From an uncultured Candidatus Marinamargulisbacteria bacterium (lineage in GTDB: Bacteria > Margulisbacteria > Riflemargulisbacteria > GWF2-35-9 > DYQY01): a stretch of DNA of 64,000 nt. Positions 1 to 8,478 of the stretch are shown in pieces (the first letter of the stretch is position 1; the number at the start of each line of letters is the position of its first letter). The translations under genes and the position numbers were made by a program. Under the pieces are notes generated by a model that was not told where the DNA came from, did not search any database, and saw only the letters and a list, made by a program, of their open reading frames with translations. The stretch covers positions 129,041 through 193,040 of the forward strand of contig CAZXTL010000001.1 in the NCBI GenBank assembly GCA_964643725.1. Reading direction: 5' to 3'.

Positions 1-2126
1 TTGTCTATGAAGCAAAACAGTTAGAGTATAATGCAGACGAACAACAGATGGTGATTGGCTTCCCTTTTAAGAACACTCAGGTTTTTATAGTTAATAGTAA
101 TCTAGAATTGCTTCAAGATAGTGAACGTGGTGAGTTGTTAATTGGAGGAGATGGTGTTTCTCCTGGTTATATGGATGAGACCATGAACGATGGTAAGTTC
201 ATTGTATTTAACGGTATCTATTGTTATAGAACAGGAGATATAGTACAAAAAATGTCTTCTGGTGAGTTGTTGTTTCTAGGTCGAGATGACGACCAAATAC
301 AGGTCAGTGGTTATAGAGTTGAGTTAAGTGAAATTAGTCGAGTTTTGACAGGAATAAATGGGGTAAAAGAAGCCGTAGCCTTAAATGTTGGGCAGAATAT
401 CTTTAGTCCTAAAATAGTTGCCTTTGTAGTTGCAACGGTTGATAAGCAGCTCATATTTAAAGAGATGATGTCTAAATTGCCGGAACAAATGGTTCCTGTA
501 GAGTTAATATTGTTGGGTTCAATACCTAAAACAATAAGTGGGAAAATCGATAGACAGTCATTAATAGATTCTTTTAATGAAAAATTTGTGGAAGTTGATG
601 TGAAATATCAAACAAAAAATCCTGTAGTTTCCATTCTTGAAGAAGTTTTAGGAAAGTCTGTGGCTATGGATATTAGTATTGCAGAACAAGGCGCCGATTC
701 ATTAGCAATGATTAAGATTTTACACAAGCTCAAACAAAAAGGATTCTCTGTAAAAATAGCAGACATTTATTCTACTGATAGCGTAAATTCATTTATACAG
801 CTTTTGGAGGTTCATGTTGAGAAGGATGTTCCATTAAAATATAGCGGTAAGGAAGAAACAATTAATTCTGATTTTATTCAAACTACATTAGCCCAGTTAC
901 GTCAGAAAGAAATAGTTTTCTTTAACCAAATGATATTAAGTGGCATTGAGAGTAAAATAGATCTAGACCTATGGAAGACAAGCTTTAGAACCATACAGAG
1001 AGAGAAGTATAACATTGATTATCTTTGGTTTGATAATATGTCATTCGATGTTTTAATACAGCGACATTTTTGTCTGATGAAAGAGCAAGAATTGCTAAAA
1101 TCTACTTTAAGTAAAGACGATAAATTGTCGTGGGTTGTTTTTAAATTGCATGAAGTAATTGAGCCTGTTGTGTTGGATGTAAGTGCTTATAATTTTGAAG
1201 AAGTACTAGTAATGAAGATGTTGCCTTTTATTAAGGAGTATTATCTGCTTAAAGATAAATTAAGTGATTTTCCTTACAGACATTTTTTTGTAAAGGTTTC
1301 TAAGAGTAAGTTTTTATATGTCTTTTGTATGGATGAATCAATTCATAATAAGATTGGTTCGGATATTGTGAAGAGTTATTTTTCATTAGGGCCGTTAGGT
1401 AATAAGATTCAGTATGGAGAATATTTGAAGTTATTAAGGAAAGGTTCATTGTTAGGTGAAGCGGACATAGTTAAAGAATTCAGGTTAGATGAGTTTAATG
1501 ATGTAGTAGCAAAATTTCCTGAATATTCTCAGGACGAGATAATGTTACATGAACATGAGTTTGAAGCAGATAATAAGCAAGATAGTTTTATGCAGTCGTT
1601 AGAGATTTTTAAGAAGATACTTAATAGTTTAATTGAGTCCGATGTTCCATTCTTTATGGTTCAAGACACTAGAGCATATAAAGATAATAAGTTTATAAAG
1701 ACTATTGGTGAGTTTACCGATTTTATTCCTTGTGTTATGCGCCAAGAGCAGTCGACTGAGCAATTAGGTCAAGATCTTAATTCGCTAAGAAAAAGAGCAA
1801 CTCTTTCCTTAACAAACATTAAGTCTATAAAGTGGTTAGCAGATAAATATGAACATCCTGTTATTAAAAAATTTGCAGAGAGTGTTAGACTGGAAAGAGA
1901 AGGCATGGAGAAGGTAGTGATTTTTCACTATCGAACTGAGATTGACGATAGCACAGAGTTGTTTAGTACTAATAAGTTAAATCAGGATTTGCAAAATAGT
2001 TGGCCTTCGGCAATTACGTTTAATTTTGCACCAGATGGGGATAAATTATTTCTTAGCTCATATTTGCCTTGTAATAAAGAAAGATGGCTAGACATTACAG
2101 AGGAGATTGAAAATGGGAAAATATAG
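1..2126 (+). CDS. NRPS-like protein, 5'-truncated: C-terminal part of an adenylation domain + peptidyl-carrier (thiolation) domain + about 440-aa uncharacterised C-terminal extension
   Basis: The reading frame is open from base 3 with no upstream stop, so the gene continues 5' of the window. A-domain core motifs are present: GELLIGGDGVSPGY, YRTGD, GRDDDQIQVSGYRVEL. A PCP motif follows: GADSLAMIKILHKLKQ (Ser in a GxDS context). The last roughly 440 aa show no recognisable HHxxxDG or thioesterase motif. Confidence 0.7.
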   Translation, partial: VYEAKQLEYNADEQQMVIGFPFKNTQVFIVNSNLELLQDSERGELLIGGDGVSPGYMDETMNDGKFIVFNGIYCYRTGDIVQKMSSGELLFLGRDDDQIQVSGYRVELSEISRVLTGINGVKEAVALNVGQNIFSPKIVAFVVATVDKQLIFKEMMSKLPEQMVPVELILLGSIPKTISGKIDRQSLIDSFNEKFVEVDVKYQTKNPVVSILEEVLGKSVAMDISIAEQGADSLAMIKILHKLKQKGFSVKIADIYSTDSVNSFIQLLEVHVEKDVPLKYSGKEETINSDFIQTTLAQLRQKEIVFFNQMILSGIESKIDLDLWKTSFRTIQREKYNIDYLWFDNMSFDVLIQRHFCLMKEQELLKSTLSKDDKLSWVVFKLHEVIEPVVLDVSAYNFEEVLVMKMLPFIKEYYLLKDKLSDFPYRHFFVKVSKSKFLYVFCMDESIHNKIGSDIVKSYFSLGPLGNKIQYGEYLKLLRKGSLLGEADIVKEFRLDEFNDVVAKFPEYSQDEIMLHEHEFEADNKQDSFMQSLEIFKKILNSLIESDVPFFMVQDTRAYKDNKFIKTIGEFTDFIPCVMRQEQSTEQLGQDLNSLRKRATLSLTNIKSIKWLADKYEHPVIKKFAESVRLEREGMEKVVIFHYRTEIDDSTELFSTNKLNQDLQNSWPSAITFNFAPDGDKLFLSSYLPCNKERWLDITEEIENGKI

Positions 2127-3306
2127 TCTTTCCTTTCAGCAAGAAGAGATGTGGATAGCTGAGCAGTTTTATTCTATGGGAAATCTGTGGAATATTGGCG
2201 GTTATAGTATGCTTGAGTCAAATATTGACCATCAAATACTTTCTAAAGCTAGTTTGCTTTCAATCAATAGTTTCTCAAACTTTAAAGCACGTATTTCTGT
2301 GGATGACGATGGCGCTCCTTATCAAGTATTTGATGAGCACGTTAGCTTGGATTATGAATTTATTGATGATATTTTGGATGATGATAGTGCAATTGCTTGG
2401 ATGCAAAAGAAGATGGTTGAACCACTACTGTCAAACGAGAGTAAACTTATCTATGTGGCTATTATAAAGACTGCTAATTCTCAGTTTTATTTTCTAAGAG
2501 TTCATCATTTGCTAACTGATTTTTTTGGCATAAATATTATGCTCAAGAAGATGATGAATATTTATTATAAATTAATAGATATTCAAGATGTTTCTGGGTT
2601 GATAAGTGAAGACAGTGATTACAGAGATTATTTAGTTTCTCAAAAGGAATATGCTTGTTCTGATGCTTGGTTAAAGGATAAGGAGTATTGGGAAAAAGAA
2701 GTAGGCATCAAAGAGGATGTCGCTAACTTATTTATAGATTCAAAGGGGAATAATTTTAAAAGTAAGGTTGAGTATCTAGTTTTAGATGATTTTAAAAAAG
2801 AAGCTTTAGCAAAGATAGCTACGGATAATAATGTTTCAGAATTTGTTTTTTGGCTTTATCTCATTGGTGAAACTTTTTGTAGGATGAACTCTTTGGATTT
2901 TTTCTTTCTTGGGGTACATTTTTTGAATAGAATAAATAAAAAACAAAAAGATAATCCAGGCCTGTTTGTTAATTCTTTGCCAATTAAGATAACTAATTAT
3001 GCAATTAAAGAAGAACTGCCATTGTTATCTAAAAGAGTAAGAGAAGCATTTAGGCATCAACAATTTCCAATTAGAAAGATTTCTTTACCAGCAGATTTTT
3101 ATTCTGTAGTAGTTTCTTTTAGAAGTTATCAGAAACAAGGTGATTTGTATGCATATCCTTTAAATAGTGAAGAATCTGTCTGTCCAATAACTTTTTTTGT
3201 TGATCATCATCAGATACATATTGTTTATCAGGAAAGTATAGGTAAAGAAAAAATAAATGAAATAATCACAAATTTACGGGAGACGATAAACAAGGTCATA
3301 GGGTAA
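2107..3306 (+). CDS. stand-alone NRPS condensation-domain protein
   Basis: The N-terminus has a C1-like motif: SFQQEEMWIAEQF. A catalytic-type motif VHHLLTDFFG (HHxxxD) lies about 130 aa in. Length is 399 aa. It overlaps the preceding gene by 20 nt, consistent with translational coupling. Confidence 0.6.
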   Translation: MKMGKYSLSFQQEEMWIAEQFYSMGNLWNIGGYSMLESNIDHQILSKASLLSINSFSNFKARISVDDDGAPYQVFDEHVSLDYEFIDDILDDDSAIAWMQKKMVEPLLSNESKLIYVAIIKTANSQFYFLRVHHLLTDFFGINIMLKKMMNIYYKLIDIQDVSGLISEDSDYRDYLVSQKEYACSDAWLKDKEYWEKEVGIKEDVANLFIDSKGNNFKSKVEYLVLDDFKKEALAKIATDNNVSEFVFWLYLIGETFCRMNSLDFFFLGVHFLNRINKKQKDNPGLFVNSLPIKITNYAIKEELPLLSKRVREAFRHQQFPIRKISLPADFYSVVVSFRSYQKQGDLYAYPLNSEESVCPITFFVDHHQIHIVYQESIGKEKINEIITNLRETINKVIG

Positions 3307-3337
3307 AATGATGGTATCTGTTTCAGGAGGTAATAAA

Positions 3338-4036
3338 ATGAAAAAACGATTGGTTCTTGGAATATTTTTGGTAAGTATATTTTTGGTAGTTGCTACTGCT
3401 TATAATTTTGATAGTAAAAGCAATATTATTGCTGTAAGTGGTAAAGGTGAGGTATCTTTTGAGCCTAATATAGCCTATGTTGCGATAGGGGTAAGTGGTC
3501 TTTTCCAGGATGTTTCTAAAGGTCAGAAAGAAGTAAACGATAGCGTTAATCGTTTTCTTGCAAAGACAAAAGTGGTTATTCCTGCGGACAATATTTCCAC
3601 TGAAAGACTGAATATTAATCAAAATTACGAATATATCTCCGGCAAAAGGCAGTTTGTGGGATATAACATAGAGCAACAGCTGAAGGTAAAGTTAGATGAT
3701 GTAAAGCTTATCGGAAAAGTCATCGATTTAGCAGTAGAAAGTGGTCTTAATAATATTGGGCAGATAGATTTCTCAAGTTCAAAGTTAGATGAATATAATC
3801 AAAAAGCTTTAAAGTTATCTTTACTTGATGCTAAGAAGAAAGCAGAGCTTATCGCAGGAACTATGAATGTTGGTAAAATAAAGTTAAAGCTTATTTCAGA
3901 GGCAGGTGGATCTGTTCAGCCTTTAAGACAAGAAGGTTTGCAGATGAAGGCATTGGCTGTTTCTGATACTGCAACTCAGTTTCAGGTTGGTGACATGAAG
4001 GTTGGCGCTCAGGTAAACGTTATATACGAATTTTAG
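3338..4036 (+). CDS. SIMPL/DUF541 (YggE-like) secreted protein
   Basis: AGGAGG lies 7 nt upstream of the ATG at 3338. There is an N-terminal signal/TM segment, KRLVLGIFLVSIFLVVA. The spacing of the VSGKGEV...PNIAYV..IGV motifs is typical of the SIMPL / 26-kDa periplasmic immunogenic protein family. Confidence 0.55.
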   Translation: MKKRLVLGIFLVSIFLVVATAYNFDSKSNIIAVSGKGEVSFEPNIAYVAIGVSGLFQDVSKGQKEVNDSVNRFLAKTKVVIPADNISTERLNINQNYEYISGKRQFVGYNIEQQLKVKLDDVKLIGKVIDLAVESGLNNIGQIDFSSSKLDEYNQKALKLSLLDAKKKAELIAGTMNVGKIKLKLISEAGGSVQPLRQEGLQMKALAVSDTATQFQVGDMKVGAQVNVIYEF

Positions 4037-4045
4037 GAGGTTAAG

Positions 4046-4495
4046 ATGAAAGATGTTTTAGTTATTATGGGAAGTAGTTCAGATATGCCAGTCATGCAGG
4101 AGTGTATAGATACTTTAGATAAGTTCGGACTGACTTCGCTAGTTGAAGTTGCATCTGCTCATCGTACACCAGAAAAGGTTATGGGTTTAGTGAAGGATGC
4201 CCACGATAAGTATAAAGTTATAATCGCAGCGGCAGGTAAGGCTGCACATCTTCCTGGCGTAATTGCTGGACATACAATACTTCCAGTTATTGGTGTTCCT
4301 ATGAAAACTTCTGATTTGGGAGGCGTTGATTCTTTATATTCTATAGTCCAGATGCCTAAAGGGGTTCCTGTAGCCACTGTTGCTATCAACGGAGCCATGA
4401 ATGCAGGGATTTTAGCTGCTCAGATAATCGGCATTACTGATAAGGTTGTAAGAGACAGACTTTTGGCACATAAAGAAGAAATGAAGAACTCTTAA
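4046..4495 (+). CDS. purE: 5-(carboxyamino)imidazole ribonucleotide mutase
   Basis: PurE signatures are present: VIMGSSSD, AAAGKAAHLPGV, GVPVATVAINGA. Length is 149 aa. Confidence 0.9.
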   Translation: MKDVLVIMGSSSDMPVMQECIDTLDKFGLTSLVEVASAHRTPEKVMGLVKDAHDKYKVIIAAAGKAAHLPGVIAGHTILPVIGVPMKTSDLGGVDSLYSIVQMPKGVPVATVAINGAMNAGILAAQIIGITDKVVRDRLLAHKEEMKNS

Positions 4496-4998
4496 TGAAC
4501 GTTATTTCTAACATTAATTTTGTTGATGTTGCTGTTGTTTTGCTACTAATTTTTTTCAGTTATCGAGGGTATGTTAGTGGTTTTTTAAATATTCTATTTG
4601 ATTCCCTCGCAGTTATTGTGTCTTTTTATGCGGCAAATCAATATTCGAGTGTAACTAAACAATGGTTGGCGCATTATCTTAAGTTTACTGTTTCATGGTC
4701 CGGCTTTGCGGCTTATATTTTGACCTATATGGCAAGCTTTGTGTTCTTTGTAGTATGGGGTCGAATTATGACTAAAATCTTCAAAATGAGCTCTATGGGA
4801 TTGTTTAACAATATATCAGGAGCTGTTCTGAACTTTATTAAATGGTCACTGCTTATATTCCTTGGACTTTTGATAGTGGAAAAGATAACAATTGTGCCAA
4901 TTGGAGAATATCTTAGTCATTCTTTTGTATATAATTTTTTTAAAATAGTTTCTGCTTGGGAGTTTGTTAAGGAATTTGTTCCAGTTATTACTCTTTAA
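4495..4998 (+). CDS. CvpA-family membrane protein (colicin V production protein-like)
   Basis: It is a small 4-TM protein whose N-terminal pattern I..VDVAVVLLLIFFSYRGY.SGF resembles CvpA. Its start overlaps the purE stop. CvpA is classically linked to purine genes. Confidence 0.45.
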   Translation: MNVISNINFVDVAVVLLLIFFSYRGYVSGFLNILFDSLAVIVSFYAANQYSSVTKQWLAHYLKFTVSWSGFAAYILTYMASFVFFVVWGRIMTKIFKMSSMGLFNNISGAVLNFIKWSLLIFLGLLIVEKITIVPIGEYLSHSFVYNFFKIVSAWEFVKEFVPVITL

Positions 4999-5036
4999 AG
5001 TATAGGGACACACCCTCTGTCTCGCAGAGCTCGACA

Positions 5037-5056
5037 TCTCCCTCTCAAGAGGGAGA
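5037..5056 (+). other. perfect 8-bp stem / 4-nt loop hairpin (tctccctc-tcaa-gagggaga) downstream of the cvpA-like gene
   Basis: Read directly from the sequence. It is followed by AAAAA rather than a T-run, so it is not a canonical rho-independent terminator on either strand. Confidence 0.5.
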
Positions 5057-5060
5057 AAAA

Positions 5061-5092
5061 CCAATGAACCAATGAACCATTGAACTATTGAA
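5061..5092 (+). repeat. four tandem 8-bp direct repeats (CCAATGAA, CCAATGAA, CCATTGAA, CTATTGAA)
   Basis: Read directly from the sequence, immediately 3' of the hairpin and about 150 bp upstream of the ORFan gene at 5244. Confidence 0.6.
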
Positions 5093-5167
5093 CAAGAAAA
5101 TGTTTAGAATCCATTTTTCTGGGCAAAATACTACATAAGTATATTAAATTACATCTATATTTTCTGT

Positions 5168-5195
5168 TATATGTAAATATGTGGGAAATATGTAG
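5168..5195 (+). promoter_or_regulatory. three phased (A)ATATGT direct repeats (TATGT at 5170, 5178, 5189) in the putative promoter of the ORFan operon
   Basis: Sequence reads ttatATGTaaatATGTgggaaatATGTagg, AT-rich, 45-75 bp upstream of the ATG at 5244. Confidence 0.35.
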
Positions 5196-5243
5196 GTGTA
5201 TTTACGATATATTGATAATAGGGTTTTAAGAAGGGGAAATTAT

Positions 5244-6221
5244 ATGGGAGACGCACCAGGTTCTGTTACAGGATCTACAACAAATAAAGCTAACTATAAG
5301 TCAGCAAATGATATGGCTTCTAAGTCTGCTCCAGTAGTTATAGGTCAAGGAGAAAGTAAAGTAACTTTTAGCGTAAATGTTTCTGCAGATGGTGGAGGGA
5401 ATCCTTTTTCAGGAAAGAGTCCTGAACAACAAAAAGTAGCATTAGCAAAGTTAATTTTTGGAGATAATCCTAGAGCTGTTGCATTATTAGAACAATTAAC
5501 TGATAAATTAGCGGCAGCTGGAATAAAATCTGCTGATATAAATGTTGATTCTGCTGGAAAGTTAGACATAACCAATATCTCAACAAAAGAAAGATTACCT
5601 AATGAGAAACCAGAAAAGGATGGTCCATCCTTGGCGAAATTTATAGCAATCAATTATGGTGGAGATACTGAAAAAAATAAAATATTAATGGCTATTTTTA
5701 GTATTGCATTAGAAGCAAGAAGCGACGTTATTAAAATGATAATAGAAGCAATGGAGAAAAACCATCAGATGTGGATGGCAATGTTGAAGGAATTAGCAGT
5801 AAAAATTACTAAAGATAAACAAGAGCAAAAAGCAATAATGCAAAGATTGATGGCAAAATTAGCAGTAGGAGATAGAGAGGGCGCAAAAGGAATAGTAGCT
5901 TTACTCGTAAAGTTGGGTTGCCATGTAACTTTAACTCAACAAGAGTCGTTAGAGAAGGCTATTGGTAGGATGAAAGAGCGTGTTTATACAGATATAGATA
6001 AAGCATTAGCAGCTCAAGGTAATTTGCAGACGGTTTTAGATGAGAATAAGCAACAAATATCTATGTTAGGATTAACAGAAAAACAACTAGTTGCGTTGCA
6101 AGAAGCAGTTGCTAAATCAGACATAAATATGGCAAGAAAGGTATTAGACTCTTCTTTTAAGAGTGGCTTTTTCGATGGGATTGAAGACAGTTATGTAAGA
6201 TGGAGATTAGGTTTAAATTAA
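5244..6221 (+). CDS. hypothetical protein (325 aa), no recognisable domain, no signal peptide
   Basis: The ATG at 5244 is preceded by AAGGGGA 7 nt upstream. The ORF-track start at 5196 is a GTG lying inside the repeat region. The protein is K/A/L-rich with no known motif. Confidence 0.5.
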   Translation: MGDAPGSVTGSTTNKANYKSANDMASKSAPVVIGQGESKVTFSVNVSADGGGNPFSGKSPEQQKVALAKLIFGDNPRAVALLEQLTDKLAAAGIKSADINVDSAGKLDITNISTKERLPNEKPEKDGPSLAKFIAINYGGDTEKNKILMAIFSIALEARSDVIKMIIEAMEKNHQMWMAMLKELAVKITKDKQEQKAIMQRLMAKLAVGDREGAKGIVALLVKLGCHVTLTQQESLEKAIGRMKERVYTDIDKALAAQGNLQTVLDENKQQISMLGLTEKQLVALQEAVAKSDINMARKVLDSSFKSGFFDGIEDSYVRWRLGLN

Positions 6222-6238
6222 AGGGGAGGTAAACGGTC

Positions 6239-6388
6239 ATGTTAAAGAGTAAGTATCAGGAAAAAGAAGATTGGAATCCTAAACAAAATAGAGAAGTTAA
6301 GGAAAAGAGACAGACAAAGAATCTTTCAACTGTAGTAAGTTATCAAGAGGAACAAATACCAGACGATTTAATGAGTTGGCTGGATTAG
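6239..6388 (+). CDS. small hypothetical protein (49 aa, MLKSKYQEKEDWNPKQNREVKEKRQTKNLSTVVSYQEEQIPDDLMSWLD)
   Basis: A strong RBS, AAGGGGAGG, lies 9 nt upstream of the ATG. It sits between two co-directional ORFan genes and is too short for the six-frame ORF track. Confidence 0.35.
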   Translation: MLKSKYQEKEDWNPKQNREVKEKRQTKNLSTVVSYQEEQIPDDLMSWLD

Positions 6389-6462
6389 CACTTCGACTAC
6401 GCTCAGTGACCGAAGTAACGATGTAACGAAACATTAGGATTATTAAGTAAGGGGAATAAGAT

Positions 6463-8478
6463 ATGGTAGGTATTGATAGTAGAAATATTCAAAATACATT
6501 AACAGCTATTAATCCAACGAAAGTTGAAACAAACCAATTGGCGAATAGTATTGCAGGGAATCAAAATGTAAATAATGATAGAATCGATTTAGTTAAGCTA
6601 TCTGTTGCTTTGAATGATTTAGCAAAAAATAATAAACCTGTTTTTTCACAAATAGTGGATTTAATGAGCAAAGAAAATGGTGGGAAAGATGAGTTTTTTA
6701 CCAATGAAGGATTAATTGCTTTTAGGAAAGCTTTAATACAACAAGGTACACCATTAGATGCAACGAAGGTCAAAGCTGCGTTCGACCAAGTTAAACAGAA
6801 GAATTCATTTAATGGTGAAGCTGCTGTTGGTGTAGAGGATTTAGCTAGTACTGACGTCACTATAGAAGCTCATTTAAGGGTAATGCTGGGAATACAAGGT
6901 GATGGTAATACAGGTACGGATATGGCCGGAGCGGAACCAGTAGCCGAACTAGCAAACGGTACTGAAGCTGTGCTAACTCCGCAAGGGAAAAGAGTTGATA
7001 GCAACCTGACACAAGATGTTCAGGATAAGTTAGCCACAAGTTGGGAGGTTGATAAGACCTCAGATGATTATGCAAAAAGAGTAAAAGCGTTAACTTTGGT
7101 AGATGGGACAACGGATATTAATCGATTAGTGGCACTAGACAGTCTTGATGTCATGAATGGTATAGATGCTGGACTGGATACTTTTATGGCTGAGCTTGCC
7201 GACGCGAAGGGAACTTTTGGTATTGGTTATAATGAAGAAAAAGTATCAAAAGCTTGGGCTAAATATATTGATAATATGAAAGAAAAGGTGGGAGTTGCTG
7301 AATCTTCTTGGGGACAGCGCTCAGAGCAACTTAAGAAGATTTCTCCAAAATTTCTTTTGCTTATTTTAAATGAAGAGAAGAATCCTTTGGATAAGGATGG
7401 TAACCCTCAAGAAGCTTCTTGGATAGTTAATATGATGTATTCTAATGGTGTGGCAAATAGTCAGACTGGAGGGATGCCTAAAGATGCAATAATTCCAGGT
7501 GGATATGATGGGGTAAAATATCAAGAAGCATTAGATAGTTTTCTGGCTTTTGCTAGTCAAGGCAAGGAACAAGGCTTTAAGTTTTATTCAAAAGAGGAAT
7601 TAGCAAATCATCAAAATATTTATGATAGTGGTAAGTCTGATGCCTTTTGGGCCAAACATCCGAGCTTACATAAGTATATGCAACAGACTAATAAACCAAT
7701 AGCTGACAATAATCAAGCTTTGATGAATAAGTATTTAGAGGATATGCGCTCTGCTGGACTTATAAAAATAGATGATATGCATAATTATTTATTTAAGTTT
7801 GATGAAGGTGACAAATTGGCTGCTATAGCACATTCTACTGCTAATAGCATAGAGGCAAAGCATGGTAAAGGTGAGGGTGAAGAGAGAAGAATACCTTTAG
7901 TAAATGGTAAGCATCCAGACCTCGCTGATATTTACAATGGAATAGCACCATCAAAATTAATTGCAGAAAGGAACAGAATATATTTAACTGAAGAAGCAGA
8001 TCTACCTCAAAAGGTAACCGCAAAGAATGTTTTGGATAGTTTAACAGGTTCTTCTTATAAGGGTAGTCTTAACCAAGATAATATAACTCAGTTAATGCAG
8101 GAGTATTATGGCAAAGATGTGCTTCCTGATAATAAATGGTTCTCTCTTACCAAAGGAGAAGATGCTAGTGTGGTTACTAAAAGAATACGAGCAGGCTTAG
8201 AGTATCAAGCTACTGAAGAGTTTAAAAAGGCAGATGCTGTTACTCAAGAGAAGGGTTTAAGGGAAAAAATGAACGCTGCAGGCGAACCTCCTGTGGCTGC
8301 ACCAGCTGGTACTGCAGGTGCAGGTGGATCCACTATGACACCTGAACAACAGCAAGTACAAAATGAAAAGTTTAATAGATTTTTAACAAGCAAGGGATTG
8401 AATAATGATACTTTCAAGGATCTTTCAGCAGAAAAACAAACAGCTTATATCGAAGAATGTTTTAAGCCAAGGCAGTGA
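6463..8478 (+). CDS. hypothetical protein (671 aa), no recognisable domain; Ala/Gly/Pro-rich linker near the C-terminus (EPPVAAPAGTAGAGGS)
   Basis: The RBS is AAGGGGAAT. The ORF is long and uninterrupted. Its GC looks higher than flanking genes by eye. Confidence 0.55.
   Translation: MVGIDSRNIQNTLTAINPTKVETNQLANSIAGNQNVNNDRIDLVKLSVALNDLAKNNKPVFSQIVDLMSKENGGKDEFFTNEGLIAFRKALIQQGTPLDATKVKAAFDQVKQKNSFNGEAAVGVEDLASTDVTIEAHLRVMLGIQGDGNTGTDMAGAEPVAELANGTEAVLTPQGKRVDSNLTQDVQDKLATSWEVDKTSDDYAKRVKALTLVDGTTDINRLVALDSLDVMNGIDAGLDTFMAELADAKGTFGIGYNEEKVSKAWAKYIDNMKEKVGVAESSWGQRSEQLKKISPKFLLLILNEEKNPLDKDGNPQEASWIVNMMYSNGVANSQTGGMPKDAIIPGGYDGVKYQEALDSFLAFASQGKEQGFKFYSKEELANHQNIYDSGKSDAFWAKHPSLHKYMQQTNKPIADNNQALMNKYLEDMRSAGLIKIDDMHNYLFKFDEGDKLAAIAHSTANSIEAKHGKGEGEERRIPLVNGKHPDLADIYNGIAPSKLIAERNRIYLTEEADLPQKVTAKNVLDSLTGSSYKGSLNQDNITQLMQEYYGKDVLPDNKWFSLTKGEDASVVTKRIRAGLEYQATEEFKKADAVTQEKGLREKMNAAGEPPVAAPAGTAGAGGSTMTPEQQQVQNEKFNRFLTSKGLNNDTFKDLSAEKQTAYIEECFKPRQ

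Noticed and set aside
2195-2467. Short ORFs embedded in or antisense to long genes (e.g. 2195-2467, 3323-3676, 4159-4398, 5345-5653, 6561-7111, 10178-10549, 13216-13737, 16304-16777, 30701-31212, 35581-35952, 43438-43680, 50648-51116, 52494-52760)
   Set aside because: Each lies entirely inside a larger ORF with clear homology or a strong coding signature. They have biased low-complexity composition (Ser, Leu, Phe-rich) typical of antisense or off-frame translation of AT-rich genes, and no RBS.
5037-5056. Rho-independent terminator after the cvpA-like gene
   Set aside because: The stem is perfect but is followed by an A-run, not a U-run, on the plus strand. On the minus strand the T-run precedes rather than follows the stem. 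It is kept as a generic hairpin only.
6390-6410. Motif ACTTCGAC.A.GCTCAGT shared (16 of 18 positions) between the spacer at 6390-6410 and the spacer at 15598-15617
   Set aside because: A 16/18 match between two short intergenic segments is close to what chance alone would give across the intergenic space of this window. There is no third copy and no obvious common context, so it is not reported as a regulatory element.
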